From contig CACGBZ010000003.1 in the NCBI GenBank assembly GCA_902571425.1, positions 13,091-77,090 on the forward strand: a stretch of 64,000 bases of DNA, written 5' to 3'. Below, in pieces: positions 37,756 to 47,178 of this stretch (positions within the stretch are counted from its first letter, which is position 1; each line of letters begins with the position of its first letter). The position numbers were made by a program, and so were the translations under genes. Under the pieces are notes generated by a model, which did not search any database, was not told the origin of the DNA, and saw nothing but the letters and a program-made list of their open reading frames with translations. Source of the stretch: an uncultured Pelagibacteraceae bacterium (GTDB taxonomy: Bacteria; Pseudomonadota; Alphaproteobacteria; Pelagibacterales; Pelagibacteraceae).

Positions 37756-38466
37756 TTGACAAAAATGATAAGAAACTTTTTATTTTCAATATTGTTTTTC
37801 ACTGGAATCATCTTTATTTCGATAATTTTTTTACCATCATTTTTTTTGCCTAAACAGGTTGTTTTGATGGGGGGTAAATTAATGGGCCATTGGGCTAGTT
37901 TTTGTTTAAGGTTTGTTCTTTCAGTGAAAATTTCAATCAAAGGAAGAGAAAATATTATTAATAATGAAAAATTTTTTATAGCAGCATCTCATCAATCGAT
38001 GTTTGAAACTTTTTATTTACAAACAATCTTTAACTCACCTGTATTTATTCTAAAAAAAGAATTATTGTTAATTCCAATTTTTGGTTGGTACTTAAAAAAA
38101 ATAGGATCAATTTCAATAAAAAGAAACAAAGTTACAAAAGATAACTTGGGTTTTTTTGATGATATTTCAAAAATGATGGCTACTTCTAATAGACCTTTAA
38201 TTATTTTTCCTCAAGGAACTAGAGTTCTTCCAGAAGAAAGACCACCTTTTAAAAAAGGTGCTTCGAGAATTTATGAAGAGCTAAATGTTGCTTGTCAGCC
38301 AGTTGCAATTAACTCTGGATATGTGTGGCCTAAAAAAGGTAAAAAGAAATCTAATAAAACAATTACAATCTCTATTCTAAAGCCAATTCCATCTGGGTTA
38401 ACAAAGAAAAATTTTATTCAAATTCTTGAAAAAAATATTAATTCAGAGTTAGATTTAATTAATTAG
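37756..38466 (+). CDS. plsC: 1-acyl-sn-glycerol-3-phosphate acyltransferase
   Basis: Acyltransferase motifs ..ASHQSMFET.. (HX4-type box) and ..IFPQGTR... Confidence 0.85.
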   Translation: MTKMIRNFLFSILFFTGIIFISIIFLPSFFLPKQVVLMGGKLMGHWASFCLRFVLSVKISIKGRENIINNEKFFIAASHQSMFETFYLQTIFNSPVFILKKELLLIPIFGWYLKKIGSISIKRNKVTKDNLGFFDDISKMMATSNRPLIIFPQGTRVLPEERPPFKKGASRIYEELNVACQPVAINSGYVWPKKGKKKSNKTITISILKPIPSGLTKKNFIQILEKNINSELDLIN

Positions 38467-39575
38467 CCCTTCATAGGCATAACAACAAAAATACTATCGA
38501 AATCACCTGGATCTTTTATCAGTGCTGGTGAACCAGTATCATTAAAGAAAATTTCAACTCTATCTCCATCTAGTTGTGAAGCAACATCTATCAAATATCT
38601 AGAGTTAAAACTTATCTCTAAATCATGATCAAACTTAACAGTTAAAGTTTCTTTACCATCACCACTGTTAGTATTATTTACTGACAGATCTAAAGTGTCT
38701 TTAGATAAATTGAATTTCACACCATCTTTTTTATCTAATGAAACAGATGCTACTCTATCAACCGAATTTAAAAATAATTTTAAGTCTATTTCTAATTTTT
38801 TTTGATTATTTTTAGGTATAACTTGAATGTAATTAGGAAATTTTCCATCAATAAGTTTTGAAATTAAAATACTATTATTTAATTCAAATTTTATTTTTGA
38901 TTTCACATTTGAAACTTTTACATCTCCATCATAGCTATCTAATAAAGAGCAAAGTTGAAAAATTGTTTTTTTAGGTAAAATTATTGGATCAAAATCAATT
39001 TTTTCCTCTAATCTAATTTTTGAAATAGACATTCTATGACTATCAGTTGCAACTGCTGTTAAATAATTTTTTTCTTCAACTTCTGTTTGATGAAAATAAA
39101 TTCCACTTAGGTAATGCCTTGTTTCGTCATTAGAAACTGAAAATTTACATTTATTTAATAATTTCAATAATTGTTTTGATTTAATTATAAATTCATTTTG
39201 ATTAAAATTTTCATCTGTCAGTGGAAACTCTGTTGCACTTATGCAATTCAAATTAAAAATAGATTTTTCAGACTCCACTTGTAATTTACTTATATCTGTT
39301 AGAGAAAGATTTATTTTTTTTCCTGAGTTAAACTTTCTTATAATATCATACATGATTGAGGAGGTTGTGGTTGTTTTGCCCTCCTCTAGAATTTCTACAT
39401 TATTTAATTGATGTATAAATATTAAATCTAGATCAGTCGCAGTGATAGTAAGTTTAGAATTGCTTGCATCTAACAAAATATTAGAAAGTATTGGTAATGT
39501 ACTTCTTTTTTCAATAACTCCTTGGCAATAATTTAATGCTTGCTGAAGGTCTTGTTGATTAACGTTAAATTTCAT
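38463..39575 (-). CDS. dnaN: DNA polymerase III beta sliding clamp
   Basis: 370 aa; ..RSTLPILSNILL.., ..ATDSHRM.., ..GKFPNY.., C-terminal ..VVMPMK; directly downstream of dnaA. Confidence 0.95.
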   Translation of the reverse strand: MKFNVNQQDLQQALNYCQGVIEKRSTLPILSNILLDASNSKLTITATDLDLIFIHQLNNVEILEEGKTTTTSSIMYDIIRKFNSGKKINLSLTDISKLQVESEKSIFNLNCISATEFPLTDENFNQNEFIIKSKQLLKLLNKCKFSVSNDETRHYLSGIYFHQTEVEEKNYLTAVATDSHRMSISKIRLEEKIDFDPIILPKKTIFQLCSLLDSYDGDVKVSNVKSKIKFELNNSILISKLIDGKFPNYIQVIPKNNQKKLEIDLKLFLNSVDRVASVSLDKKDGVKFNLSKDTLDLSVNNTNSGDGKETLTVKFDHDLEISFNSRYLIDVASQLDGDRVEIFFNDTGSPALIKDPGDFDSIFVVMPMKG

Positions 39576-40983
39576 TTTCTTTATTATTATATAAAATCTG
39601 GTTTTTTAATTTATTAATATTATCAACCATCTCAGGATCTTTTTCTTTTATCTTTTCAATAGTTTTTACTGAATGAATTATTGTTGTATGGTCTCTGTTA
39701 GAAAATTCCCTTCCAATTTCAGGTAATGATTTAGAAGTTAAAATTTTAGTTAAATAGATTGCTGTTTGCCTAGGTCTTACTAAATATCTTGATCTTCTAG
39801 ATGATAGCATTTCATTTTTGCTGATTTTGAAAAACTTACAAACAATTGTCTGAATTAGATCTATTGTAACCTTATTTTCTGCTAAATTTAATAAATCCTT
39901 TAAAACTACTTTAGTTTCAGCAAGATTTGGTACTTTGTTGTAAATTCTTGAAAATGAAACAACTCTGTTTATTGCTCCAACCAGTTCCCTTACACTTCCG
40001 GTTATTTCATTGCTTATAAAATCTTGAATTTCTCTAGAAACTTGTAATTGTTCAGAATACAAAGCATTCAATTCTTCAGTTTTTTTTTCAACTATTTTTT
40101 TTCTTAGCTCAAAGTCCGGCTTTTGAATATCAACTACTAATCCACCAGAAAATCTTGATTTAATTCTTTCTTGAATTCTCGATAATTTATTTGGTGCTCG
40201 ATCAGCTGACACAATTATTTGAGATCCCTTATCAAGTAATGCATTAAATGTATGAAAGAACTCCTCCTGCATAGCCTCTTTTCCACTTATGAACTGAATA
40301 TCATCGATTAATAAAATATCCGTATTTCTAAAATATTCTTTAAACTTAACCATATCGTTTGATTTAATTGATTTTACAAACTGATACATAAAACGTTCTG
40401 CAGAAATAAACATTACTTTATTGTTTTTTTTAAGCTCTAAACCTATTGAATTTAATAAGTGAGTTTTTCCCATTCCAACACCACCATAAATATAAAGTGG
40501 ATTATAATGAGATATATTTTCTGAAACTTTTAAAGAAGCTTCGTAAGCTAATTTATTACTTGAACCTGTTATAAAATTATCAAATCTTTTATTTGGATCA
40601 ATTCGATTATACTGAAGATAAGAGTCTTTTATAAATGAAACATTTTCATTTATATTTCTCTCTTTAATATTGTTTTCCTCTAAACTAGTTTCTTGAGTTT
40701 TTTCAACTATTTTAAACTCTATTCTAATAATATCTTTTTTATAAACTTTAATTATTTGTAATATTTGGTCTAAATACCTTGATGTAATCCAATCTCTAAT
40801 AAATCTTGTTGGAACTGATAATAATAAGTAATTATTGAATTCCTCTACAAGAGAAATCTTTTTTAACCAGCTCTCATAAACTTCTGAGCCGAGTTTATTT
40901 TTCATTTCATTCTGTACTTGCTTCCATTCAAAGCTTTCAGAAGAAAAATTATTAATATTTTTTGTATTTGTTAATTTATTCAT
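39565..40983 (-). CDS. dnaA: Chromosomal replication initiator DnaA
   Basis: Walker A GGVGMGKTHLL, ..LLIDDIQF.., sensor ..SVRELVGAIN.., C-terminal DNA-binding ..RQTAIYLTK..SLPEIGREFSNRDHTTIIHS... Confidence 0.97.
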   Translation of the reverse strand: MNKLTNTKNINNFSSESFEWKQVQNEMKNKLGSEVYESWLKKISLVEEFNNYLLLSVPTRFIRDWITSRYLDQILQIIKVYKKDIIRIEFKIVEKTQETSLEENNIKERNINENVSFIKDSYLQYNRIDPNKRFDNFITGSSNKLAYEASLKVSENISHYNPLYIYGGVGMGKTHLLNSIGLELKKNNKVMFISAERFMYQFVKSIKSNDMVKFKEYFRNTDILLIDDIQFISGKEAMQEEFFHTFNALLDKGSQIIVSADRAPNKLSRIQERIKSRFSGGLVVDIQKPDFELRKKIVEKKTEELNALYSEQLQVSREIQDFISNEITGSVRELVGAINRVVSFSRIYNKVPNLAETKVVLKDLLNLAENKVTIDLIQTIVCKFFKISKNEMLSSRRSRYLVRPRQTAIYLTKILTSKSLPEIGREFSNRDHTTIIHSVKTIEKIKEKDPEMVDNINKLKNQILYNNKENEI

Positions 40984-41298
40984 AACTTAAGGGGAAATCT
41001 CAGTTAGAACTATTTAAAAAAATTTGCAACAAGTTAATAAAGAAATTCAAAAAAAAATAAAATCTATGATTGTGATTTAGATTTAAAAAAAAATAATTCT
41101 AAATTGAACTTAAATTTAAAATTATAAATTGAATCGAATATAGATTGAATCAATTAATTGATTGAATTAAAATTAAATCGAATATAGATTGAATGACTAT
41201 AATCCAAATATTTACTAAATCTAAATATAGTAACTTAACACAAAACTTAAATATATAATGTGGATATCAGGAGTTGTTTAAAAAATTTTAACTAACGT
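40984..41298. promoter_or_regulatory. Repeat-rich 315-nt spacer upstream of dnaA (dnaA control region and/or replication-origin-like element)
   Basis: One of the two longest non-coding stretches in the window. Contains a 19-bp direct repeat, five same-strand ATTGAA(T/C) motifs, a 16-bp palindrome and one 8/9 DnaA box (ATATCCACA on the minus strand, 41259-41267). Confidence 0.5.
41132..41194. repeat. 19-bp perfect direct repeat AATCGAATATAGATTGAAT (41132-41150 and 41176-41194) flanking the palindrome AATCAATTAATTGATT (41148-41163)
   Basis: Read directly from the sequence; the period is 44 bp. Confidence 0.9.
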
Positions 41299-41559
41299 TT
41301 AGATTGCAGCAATTTTTTTTGTAATTCTAGAAACATTTCTAGAAGCATTTTGTTTTTTTATTATTCCTGTTTTTGCAATTTTCATCAACTCAGAGTTTAA
41401 CTTTGGTAAAAATTTAAGAGCTTCATCTTTCTTTTTACTATCAATTAAAAGGTTCATTTTCTTAAGAGCGTTTCTAAACCTGCTCTTTCTAGCTTTATTT
41501 ACCGCTGTTTGTTTAGAAATTCTTCTAATTCTCTTAATTGCTGATTTTGTGTTTGCCAT
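41299..41559 (-). CDS. rpsT: 30S ribosomal protein S20
   Basis: MANTKSAIKRIRRISKQTAVNKARKSRFR... The track ORF (to 41631) is an upstream extension; the conserved bS20 N-terminus begins at ATG 41557-41559. Confidence 0.93.
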   Translation of the reverse strand: MANTKSAIKRIRRISKQTAVNKARKSRFRNALKKMNLLIDSKKKDEALKFLPKLNSELMKIAKTGIIKKQNASRNVSRITKKIAAI

Positions 41560-41609
41560 CTGCGCAGGGGTATAGCTTGAGAATTTATAGTGGTCAACTA
41601 AATATTTAA

Positions 41610-42473
41610 CTATTTTTGACAAGAAACACAAAAAAAAGTCGACCTATTTGATTTTATTTTTTTTTTTATAATACCTTTGCAATTCGTACGCTTACAATCA
41701 GCTCCCTCTTGCTCATAAACTTTAAACTCCTTTTGAAAGTTACCTTTATTACCTGAAATATCTTTAAAATCTCTAATACTTGAACCACCCTTATTAATTG
41801 CCTGTTGAAGTATTTTCTTAGAATTTAAAATAATATTTAAACATTCATTTTTATTAAGTCTTTTTGCCTTTTTAAATGGATTTATTTTACAAGCGAAAAG
41901 AATTTCACTTGCATAAATATTACCTATTCCAGAAACAAATCTCTGATCAAGTAAGAAACTTTTTATATCCTTATTTTTTTTCTTAAAATAATTAACTACA
42001 TAATTTAAGTTAAATTTATCACTAAATGGTTCAGGACCCATTGATTTAAATCTTCTCTGTAGATCTTGATAATTTTTAATTATTTCAAAAAATCCAAAAC
42101 GTCTTGGATCATTATAAATTACTTTCAAGCTATCAAATATAAACTCTGCATGATTGTGTTTTTTAGGTAAAAAAGGTGAATGATAAAAACTAGTATTCGT
42201 AAATTTTAGAGGTTTTTTCTTATCAAGAATATGAATTGTTCCTGACATTCCTAAATGGATTAAACAATAATCTTCATTTTGAAAATGGATAATCAAATAT
42301 TTAGAAAATCTACTAACTTCAATTATTTTTTTATTTTTAAGAAAACTTTCAAAATCACTTGGTATTTTAAACCTTAAATTCCGGTTTCTAATTATTACTT
42401 TTTTTATGCTTTTTTTTTTGATCTTTTTATGAAGGGATTGTCTAACAATTTCTACTTCTGGTAATTCTGGCAT
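41610..42473 (-). CDS. mutM: Formamidopyrimidine-DNA glycosylase
   Basis: MPELPEVE N-terminus, ..LGMSG.., H2TH ..DQRFVSGIGNIYASE.., C-terminal zinc finger C..C...C..C. Confidence 0.95.
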   Translation of the reverse strand: MPELPEVEIVRQSLHKKIKKKSIKKVIIRNRNLRFKIPSDFESFLKNKKIIEVSRFSKYLIIHFQNEDYCLIHLGMSGTIHILDKKKPLKFTNTSFYHSPFLPKKHNHAEFIFDSLKVIYNDPRRFGFFEIIKNYQDLQRRFKSMGPEPFSDKFNLNYVVNYFKKKNKDIKSFLLDQRFVSGIGNIYASEILFACKINPFKKAKRLNKNECLNIILNSKKILQQAINKGGSSIRDFKDISGNKGNFQKEFKVYEQEGADCKRTNCKGIIKKKIKSNRSTFFCVSCQK

Positions 42474-42502
42474 TTGATACTATATTCAATATATATTTTT
42501 TT

Positions 42503-43207
42503 ATGCAACAAAATCTTCAAAATAAAAAAGGACTTGTAGAAAATGTATTTAATCAGGTCTACAACAAATATGACTTAATGAATGACTTTATGTCTATGGG
42601 TGTACATAGATATTGGAAAAAAAGTTTAATCAATATGATGAATCCGAGAGTTAATAGAAAATTAATTGATGTTGCGTGTGGGACGGGGGATGTTGGAAAA
42701 TTATTTTTAGATTGCACAAATAAAGAGGCTGAAATTACTTGTGTAGACCCTAATAAAGAAATGGTTAGTAAAGGAAAGCAAAAATTATCTAATTACAAAA
42801 ATGTAAAATGGGTTATTTCTCCAGCAGAAAAATTACTAATAAAAGACAATTCATTTGATTATTACACTATTAGTTTTGGGCTAAGAAATACCAAAAATTT
42901 AAATAAAGCACTTTCAGAAGCCTATAGAATTTTAAAGCCTGGTGGACGCTATCTATGTCTGGAATTTTCTAAGATTCAAAATTCAAATCTTGATTTTGTA
43001 TATAAAAATTATTCAAAACTCATTCCTATTATTGGTCAGTTTGTAGTTGGCGAAAAAAAACCTTACGAATATTTAATCAAAAGTATTGAACAATTTATTA
43101 ATCAAGATGAATTAATAGAGTTGATGGAAAAAAATAATTTTCATAAATGTTCTTATAGAAATCTTTCTGGTGGTATTGTTTCAATTCATAGTGGTTGGAA
43201 AATTTAA
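42503..43207 (+). CDS. ubiE: Ubiquinone/menaquinone C-methyltransferase
   Basis: ..VFNQVYNKYDLMNDFMSMGVHRYWKK.., SAM motif DVACGTGD, ..FGLRN... Confidence 0.94.
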   Translation: MQQNLQNKKGLVENVFNQVYNKYDLMNDFMSMGVHRYWKKSLINMMNPRVNRKLIDVACGTGDVGKLFLDCTNKEAEITCVDPNKEMVSKGKQKLSNYKNVKWVISPAEKLLIKDNSFDYYTISFGLRNTKNLNKALSEAYRILKPGGRYLCLEFSKIQNSNLDFVYKNYSKLIPIIGQFVVGEKKPYEYLIKSIEQFINQDELIELMEKNNFHKCSYRNLSGGIVSIHSGWKI

Positions 43208-44775
43208 TGATTAAAAAACTTATTACTTTATTTAAATTAGGAAGAAAAATTGCAAAATCAGATATTTTAAAAATTGCATCAAAATTTAAAAAACCTCCTT
43301 TAGCTGTAACAATATTATTCCAAATTTTATCTATTTCATTTGAAAAAAAAGAACAAAATAATTTAATTGAGGATGATGGTGAAAGACTATCTAGGTCATT
43401 AGAATCTATGGGTACAACTTTCATCAAACTTGGGCAATTTCTTGCTACTAGACCAGATATAATTGGAGAAGAATTATCTTTAAAGCTAGAAAAACTTCAA
43501 GATCGATTACCCCCTTTTTCAATTCATGAAGCAAAAGAAATTATTAAAGAAGATCTTGGAATTGATGCGTTTAATTCAATAATTGATTTAAGTGAACCAG
43601 TTGCTGCTGCATCAATTGCACAAGTTCATAAAGCAAAAATAAATGATAATGGAACAATTAAAGATGTAGCAATAAAAATTTTAAGACCAAATATAAAAAA
43701 AATATTCAATGAAGAAATAGATGCAATGATGTTATTTGCATTTATTATTGAGTCATTTGTAAAAAAAACAAAAAGATTAAAACTTGTTGAAGTTGTTTTT
43801 TTACTTAAAGAAATAACTAATCTTGAAATGGATTTAAGATTCGAAGCTGCTGCGGCTAATGAATATGCTGAAAACACTAAAAATGATGCTGGATTTAAAG
43901 TTCCTGAAATTTATTGGAATTTTACTAGTGAAAATGTAATGACTTTGGATTGGATAGATGGAATTTCAATAAGAGAAGCTGAGGAGCTAAAGAAAAGAAA
44001 TTTAGATACTAATAAAATAGCTGAAGATATTATCCAACATTTTTTAAGACATGCTGTAAGAGATGGTTTTTTTCATGCAGATATGCATCAAGGAAATATT
44101 TTTGTTGATAATAGTGGCCAAATTGTACCTATAGATTTTGGGATTATGGGCAGGTTAGACAAACTTAGTAAAAGGTTTTTAGCAGAAATTTTATTTGGAT
44201 TTATTCAAAGAGATTATCGTAAAGTAGCTGAAGTTCACTTAGTGGCCGGATTAGTTCCAAAAGAAGTACCAATCGACGATCTAGCTCAAGCTTTGAGATC
44301 AATTGGTGAGCCTATATTTGGTCAAGAAGTAAAAGATATTTCAGGAGGTAAATTACTCAAACAGTTGTTTGATGTAACAGAAAAGTTTAATATGCAAACT
44401 CAACCTCAATTATTAATGTTGCAAAAAACTATGGTTGTTGTTGAAGGTGTAGCAAGAAAGTTAAATCCAAACACAAATATTTGGACAACTTCAAAGCCTG
44501 TACTAGAAAATTGGCTTAAAGAAACCAAAGATCCAATTAATAATTTAAATGAAACTTTAAAAAATACATCTGAAGTGATTAAACGTTTACCAGAATTTCC
44601 TGAGATTATGGATAAAGCAAATCAAGCATTAACGTTTTTAGCTAGTGGTCAAATTCCACAAAATTCAAATTCTTACACCGCTCTGAATAATAAGAAATCA
44701 GAAATGATAACATTTAGAAATCAATCTATTATTGGTTTATTACTTCTTGTAATTTTTGGCCTTATAGTATTTTAA
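43195..44775 (+). CDS. ubiB: UbiB/ABC1-family atypical kinase (ubiquinone biosynthesis)
   Basis: ..GTTFIKLGQFLATRPD.., ..AAASIAQVHKA.., ..VAIKILRP.., ..FFHADMHQGNIF..DFGIMG... The start may be ATG 43195 or 43207. Confidence 0.92.
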   Translation: MENLMIKKLITLFKLGRKIAKSDILKIASKFKKPPLAVTILFQILSISFEKKEQNNLIEDDGERLSRSLESMGTTFIKLGQFLATRPDIIGEELSLKLEKLQDRLPPFSIHEAKEIIKEDLGIDAFNSIIDLSEPVAAASIAQVHKAKINDNGTIKDVAIKILRPNIKKIFNEEIDAMMLFAFIIESFVKKTKRLKLVEVVFLLKEITNLEMDLRFEAAAANEYAENTKNDAGFKVPEIYWNFTSENVMTLDWIDGISIREAEELKKRNLDTNKIAEDIIQHFLRHAVRDGFFHADMHQGNIFVDNSGQIVPIDFGIMGRLDKLSKRFLAEILFGFIQRDYRKVAEVHLVAGLVPKEVPIDDLAQALRSIGEPIFGQEVKDISGGKLLKQLFDVTEKFNMQTQPQLLMLQKTMVVVEGVARKLNPNTNIWTTSKPVLENWLKETKDPINNLNETLKNTSEVIKRLPEFPEIMDKANQALTFLASGQIPQNSNSYTALNNKKSEMITFRNQSIIGLLLLVIFGLIVF

Positions 44776-44783
44776 TTCTGCAG

Positions 44784-45989
44784 ATGAAAAATTTGTTAAA
44801 TAAAAAAATACTATTTATTATCTGTGGAGGAATATCTGCTTATAAAAGTCTTGAAACAATTAGGCTTTTTAAAAAGAATGGTGCAGAAATAAAGACAATT
44901 CTTACAACAAGTGCAAAAGAGTTTGTAACTCCGCTTTCAATAACCTCACTTTCTCAAGGTAAAGTTTATAGTGATTTATTTAGTTTAGAAAATGAGGCTG
45001 AAATGGATCATATTTCACTTTCAAGATGGGCAGATATACTTGTAATTGCACCTGCAACGGCAAATACAATTTCGAAACTGGCTCAAGGAACAACTGATGA
45101 TTTGGCATCCACTGTTGTTTTGGCATCAGATAAAGACATTATTTTAGCACCAGCAATGAATGTAAGAATGTGGGAGCATCCAACTACTAAAACAAATATA
45201 AAAAAATTAAAAGGGTTTGGATATAAACTAATAGGTCCAGAGGTTGGTGATATGGCATGTGGTGAATATGGAGAGGGTAAAATGTCAGACCCATCGGTAA
45301 TTGCTGAAGAAGTTGATAAATATTTCTTAACTCAAAAAAATAACAAAAAATTTAAAGCATTAGTTACAGCAGGTCCAACTAACGAGTACATAGATCCAGT
45401 TCGTTTTATTACAAATAAATCAAGTGGCAAACAAGGATATGAATTAGCAAAATCATTATCCAAAAAAGGTTTTGATACAACATTAATATCAGGTCCAACT
45501 AATCTTGAAATAACTAAAGATATTAATCTTATAAAAGTTGAAACAGCAGATGAAATGTTAGTTGCTACTCAAGAAAATTTACCTGTTGATGTAGCAATTT
45601 TTTCTGCTGCGGTAGCTGATTTTAAAATTAACAAAAAGTATGAAAATAAAATTAAAAAACAAGAGAACCTAAACTTAAATTTAGAAAAGAATGTAGATAT
45701 ACTTCATTATGTGTCTAGCCATAACTCTATGAGACCTGAACTTGTCATTGGATTTGCAGCAGAAACTAATGAGATTGATAAAAATGCAGAGGAAAAATTA
45801 AATAAGAAAAGTTGTGACTGGATAATTTCTAATGATGTATCAAATAAAGATATAGGATTTAATTCTGATTATAATGAAGTAACAATTCATTATAAAAACA
45901 AAGACCTAAAAAAAGAAAAACTTTCGTACAAAAAAAAATCTGGAATTTCTGATGAAATAGTTGATAGAATAATTGATCAATTAAATTAA
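44784..45989 (+). CDS. coaBC: Bifunctional phosphopantothenoylcysteine decarboxylase / phosphopantothenate-cysteine ligase
   Basis: Flavoprotein N-domain (..GGISAYK..PATANT..) and DFP C-domain (..TAGPT.E.IDPVRFITNKSSGKQG..). Confidence 0.93.
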   Translation: MKNLLNKKILFIICGGISAYKSLETIRLFKKNGAEIKTILTTSAKEFVTPLSITSLSQGKVYSDLFSLENEAEMDHISLSRWADILVIAPATANTISKLAQGTTDDLASTVVLASDKDIILAPAMNVRMWEHPTTKTNIKKLKGFGYKLIGPEVGDMACGEYGEGKMSDPSVIAEEVDKYFLTQKNNKKFKALVTAGPTNEYIDPVRFITNKSSGKQGYELAKSLSKKGFDTTLISGPTNLEITKDINLIKVETADEMLVATQENLPVDVAIFSAAVADFKINKKYENKIKKQENLNLNLEKNVDILHYVSSHNSMRPELVIGFAAETNEIDKNAEEKLNKKSCDWIISNDVSNKDIGFNSDYNEVTIHYKNKDLKKEKLSYKKKSGISDEIVDRIIDQLN

Positions 45990-46426
45990 TGGCAAAAGTT
46001 CTTATCAAAAAGTTAGACCCTGCGGTTGAATTACCTGCTTACAAAACAGAAGGTGCATCAGGTATGGATTTGATGGCATTAGTAAAAGAACCTATTAATC
46101 TTAAACCAAACTCATCATGCTTAGTACCAACAGGGCTTGCTGTTGCATTTTCAAGTGATTTCGAAATCCAAATAAGACCAAGATCTGGTTTAGCTGCAAA
46201 AAACAACATTAGTGTTTTAAATACACCTGGAACTATTGATAGTGATTACAGGGGAGAAATAAAAGTAATCCTTTTTAATCACGGAAAAAGTGATTTTTTA
46301 ATAAATAATAAGGATAGAATAGCACAAATGATTTTAACTCCTGTAATTAAAATGGATCTTGAGGAAACTGATAATCTACCAGAAACAATTAGAGGAGAAG
46401 GTGGGTTTGGCTCAACAGGAAAATGA
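45989..46426 (+). CDS. dut: dUTP diphosphatase
   Basis: ..GASGMDL.., ..RPRSGLA.., ..GTIDSDYRGE.., C-terminal ..RGEGGFGSTG. Confidence 0.95.
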   Translation: MAKVLIKKLDPAVELPAYKTEGASGMDLMALVKEPINLKPNSSCLVPTGLAVAFSSDFEIQIRPRSGLAAKNNISVLNTPGTIDSDYRGEIKVILFNHGKSDFLINNKDRIAQMILTPVIKMDLEETDNLPETIRGEGGFGSTGK

Positions 46427-47178
46427 GCAAAAATTTAAACAACAAAGAAATAGAGAGATTCTCGAGGCAAATAATTCTTAAAAATATTGGTGCAACAGGT
46501 CAAAAAAAAATTTTATCTTCAAAAGTATTGATAGTTGGTATGGGTGGTCTAGGTTGCCCAGTAGCAGAATTTTTAACTAGATCGGGTATTGGTACACTTG
46601 GGATTGCAGATCATGATACTGTAAGTCTCTCTAATATCCACAGACAAAGCCTGTATAATGAAAAAGATATAAATCAATCTAAAGTAAAGATTGCAAAAAA
46701 AAAATTAAATAAAATTAATCCAAAGACAAAAATAAATATTTTTAATTTAAAATTAAATAAAACTACATTTGAAAAAATTATTAAAAATTATGACTATATT
46801 GTTGATGGAACTGATAACTTTGAAAGTAAATTTTTAATTAATGATTTAAGTCTAAAATATAAAAAATTTCTAGTCACAGGTGCTATAAGTAAGTTTGATG
46901 GTCACATTTTTACTTTTAATTTTACCAACAAAAAAGATCCTTGCTTGAGATGTTTTTATCAAGAAGAAACAATATCTGATGAAATTTTAAATTGTGAATA
47001 TGAGGGAATTTTAGGAACCGTTGCAGGAATAATAGGTACGTTACAAGCTAATGAAGTTTTAAAAAAAATATTAAATATTGGACAAAATTTAAATGGATAC
47101 ATTCTAATTCTAGATCTATTAAATTTAAATTTCAGAAAAGCAAAAATTAATAAAAGAAAAAAATGCTTATGCAAATAA
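46423..47178 (+). CDS. ThiF/MoeB/HesA-family adenylyltransferase
   Basis: ..RFSRQI.., GxGxxG (VGMGGLGCP), ..DHDTVSLSNIHRQ.., CxxC pair. Confidence 0.85.
   Translation: MSKNLNNKEIERFSRQIILKNIGATGQKKILSSKVLIVGMGGLGCPVAEFLTRSGIGTLGIADHDTVSLSNIHRQSLYNEKDINQSKVKIAKKKLNKINPKTKINIFNLKLNKTTFEKIIKNYDYIVDGTDNFESKFLINDLSLKYKKFLVTGAISKFDGHIFTFNFTNKKDPCLRCFYQEETISDEILNCEYEGILGTVAGIIGTLQANEVLKKILNIGQNLNGYILILDLLNLNFRKAKINKRKKCLCK

Noticed and set aside
41132-41194. 19-bp repeats considered as the ends of an insertion sequence or MITE.
   Set aside because: The repeats are direct rather than inverted and only 44 bp apart. They enclose no ORF, and no transposase is present anywhere in the window.
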